From the NCBI GenBank assembly GCA_021613535.1, contig CP075492.1:19716001-19780000 (forward strand): a DNA stretch of 64,000 nt, written 5' to 3'. Positions within the stretch are counted from its first letter, which is position 1. The number at the start of each line of letters is the position of its first letter. Positions 61,607 through 64,000 of this stretch are shown piece after piece. This DNA is from Adineta vaga (lineage: Eukaryota > Animalia > Rotifera). The position numbers were made by a program, and so were the translations under genes. Under the pieces are notes generated by a model that saw only the letters and a list, made by a program, of their open reading frames with translations, was not told the DNA's origin and ran no database searches.

Positions 61607-64000
61607 TTGCAATGAACAGCATGAAGAAATCAACAGAAAATGTGGATATTGAGGAAACTATAGAAGCCGTAGAACAGATGGGACGATTCTCTCATACACA
61701 CAGTAAGTAATCATTCATCTTCAGAATTAACGCTATCTTTTCTTACAGCACCAAATCAAATTTTGATAAATGCATCGTTTGCTGATAATTATCAGCCGAT
61801 AACACCATTTGTTCCTTCAACATCTGATCTCGTTCGACTCAATACTAAACAGCAAGAATAACTGAAAGCTGAAAGAGAGCGAGTTAGACGAAATTTAATC
61901 ACTGGTAAACATTATAAAATAGACGACGAGTCGAATATTGACGATATGGAAGACACAGTTGTAACACTGATAAATTCAACTAGTTCAAATATGAACATGT
62001 CTGATAATTATAACTCAATTCTTCCCGTTGCTTCAGTAACAAGTACAACATATTGTAACCAAAAGACTATTGCTGATCAATATACACTAAATAGAGAGCA
62101 AAAAGCTGCATTCATGATAATCACAAGTCACCTTGATGGTGACAAACCGTCACGCACAGGTATGTTCATGCACATGGTTGTATATAATCATAAACTGAAA
62201 AATATTATTCATATAGGAGACAACAATGGTCAACTCATCATGTGTATACCCAGATGTGGTGGTACAGGAAAATCACAACTTATTCGTGCTGTGACTGAAT
62301 ATTTTCGTGTTACAAACAGAATACAAAAGATGCGAAAGCTAGCACCTACTGGAATTGCAGCCGCTGAAATTGGTGGTATGACTATCCATTCATTCTTAGG
62401 TGAACAACGCAATTAGGGGTGGCACTTTAACTTTACTTTCAAAATTAAAGTTAAAGCAAAATACTTTAACTTTAAATTCAAAGTTAAAGTATTTTACTTT
62501 ATTACTTTAACTTTAATTAAAGTACAGGAAAAAATCGAAAATATTTTTTAGCTTGCCCTGTTTAATTTTATGCGGTTTTTGACAAAAATTTTCAACTTTC
62601 AACTTTAACTTTAATAAAGTTTAAAGTTACTTTAACTTTAATTAAAGAAATTTTAAAGTTGTAATTATTATCCAAAACCACATAAAATTAAACAGGGCGG
62701 GCTAAAAATATTTTCGATTTTTTATTGTACTTTAATTAAAGTTAAAGTAATAAAGTAAAATACTTTAACTTTAAATTTAAAGTTAAAGTAAAAACTTTAA
62801 ACTTTAAGCACTTTATAAAGTAAAGTTAAAGTTAAAGTGCCACCCCTAAACGCAATTCTGGAAAGCCACGAACTATTAAACCAGGCGACTTGAAACTTGA
62901 AAAAGAATGGACACTTGTAGAATATCTCTTGATTGATGAAATGAGTATGGTTGGTCTGACTTTACTTGGAAAACTCAATCGAATTCTTTGTGCCGCTAAA
63001 CATGCCGATCCTCAAATTCCATTTGGTGGTATAAATGTTATATTCTTTGGTGATTATTTACAGTACCGACCCGTATACGATGCCCGTTACACACTGACTT
63101 TTCGCCGGAAAATAAAAAGAAATTCAACTACGTGTTGCACGTTCTTTAATTCTACAAATTAATTGTGTGGTCAAACTTACTCAACAGATGCGAACTGAAG
63201 ACCTACGATATCTTCAGTTACTTGAACGACTTCGTCAAGGTCAATGTAGTTATGAAGATTATGAATTACTATTGACGCGCGTTGTGGGACAGCCAACCGT
63301 ATCTCTTCGTGAACCGCCATGGAATCAAGTAAGATATATTTCTCTACTCTAAATGAACATATTTTCTATGTTCTTTTTTCTTTTAGGCTCTCATGCTTGT
63401 GTTTAGAAATGAAATACGAACGCAATTGAATCACAGGTCGGCAATTCATAATGCAATACAAACAGGTTGCGATCCAATGGTATGTGTTGCCCAGGACTTT
63501 TGTAAAGGTAAACCTGTTGAAGGGCCGACACTTCTTAAGAAATTATTGGAATTATCAGACAGTAAGACTGAACGCTTACCGGGTTTGTTACCGTTAGATC
63601 CTGGAATGCCGGTTATCATTACACAAAATATTGGTATTGATCTCGGATTAATTAACGGCATGAATGGAATCTTTAGACAACTAGTCTATGATCTTGACTC
63701 AGTGTCAACAGATAGTCTTTCAAAAACTTTTCCTCTAAACACCCAATATGTTCATAAGCCAATATATGCATTGGTCGAAATAGGTAAATCAAAAATTGAA
63801 TGTAATCTTAAAAATCTTCAACCAAAACTTATTCCAATACCAATAATGGAACAAACCTTTCAGGTAGACATTTCCGATATTCTTCCGAAAGTCAACAACA
63901 AATCAAAAACGAACAGAAAGGCAATGTTATCGATTAAACGACGTGCATTACCTCTTGTACCTGCATATTCTATCACAACTCACAAAAGTCAAGGACAAAC
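61607..64000 (+). pseudogene. Decayed intron-containing PIF1-family helicase (Helitron RepHel-type), running off the right edge
   Basis: LNREQ, CGGTGKS, LAPTGIAA, IDEMSM, FGDYLQ, LTQQMR, LINGMNG, AYSITTHKSQGQ; MITE insertion and frameshifts near 63085-63130. Confidence 0.85.
62414..62848. mobile_element. hAT-type MITE (435 bp) in the helicase exon
   Basis: TIR TAGGGGTGGCACTTTAACTTTA; 8-bp TSD AACGCAAT; internal CTTTAA repeats; largely palindromic. Confidence 0.93.

Overview
AT-rich eukaryotic DNA with short GT-AG introns. The gene families, the (TGTGGG/TGAGGG)n telomere-type repeats and an intron-containing Athena-type retroelement point to a bdelloid rotifer (inference). The window is TE-dense and resembles a subtelomeric region. 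Mobile content: a decayed endonuclease-less Penelope-like (Athena) element, a full hAT transposon, a Penelope 3' end with a hammerhead ribozyme, an intact full-length LINE and an internally deleted relative, a solo LTR, CACTA-, Kolobok-, MULE- and hAT-type non-autonomous elements, and a decayed Helitron PIF1 helicase. Host genes: a 12-exon gene with three tandem two-TM modules plus FG-GAP repeats, an LDLa/EGF-GPCR with one frameshift, a shattered PKD1/REJ-like pseudogene, a CD225/dispanin gene, and LamG and ART/TPR-type fragments. Three candidates for novelty stand out. (1) A dispersed fold-back family, (TGTGGG)n-GAAGAAGAT core-(CCCACA)n-CCTCAAGAT, whose best-preserved copies sit on truncation breakpoints. 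(2) A spliced, signal-peptide-bearing gene ending in a domain resembling bacterial polymorphic toxin C-termini. (3) The triple-module membrane protein, which looks like a single-chain pseudo-trimeric DEG/ENaC-like channel. All family assignments come from motif recognition by eye; no searches were run.
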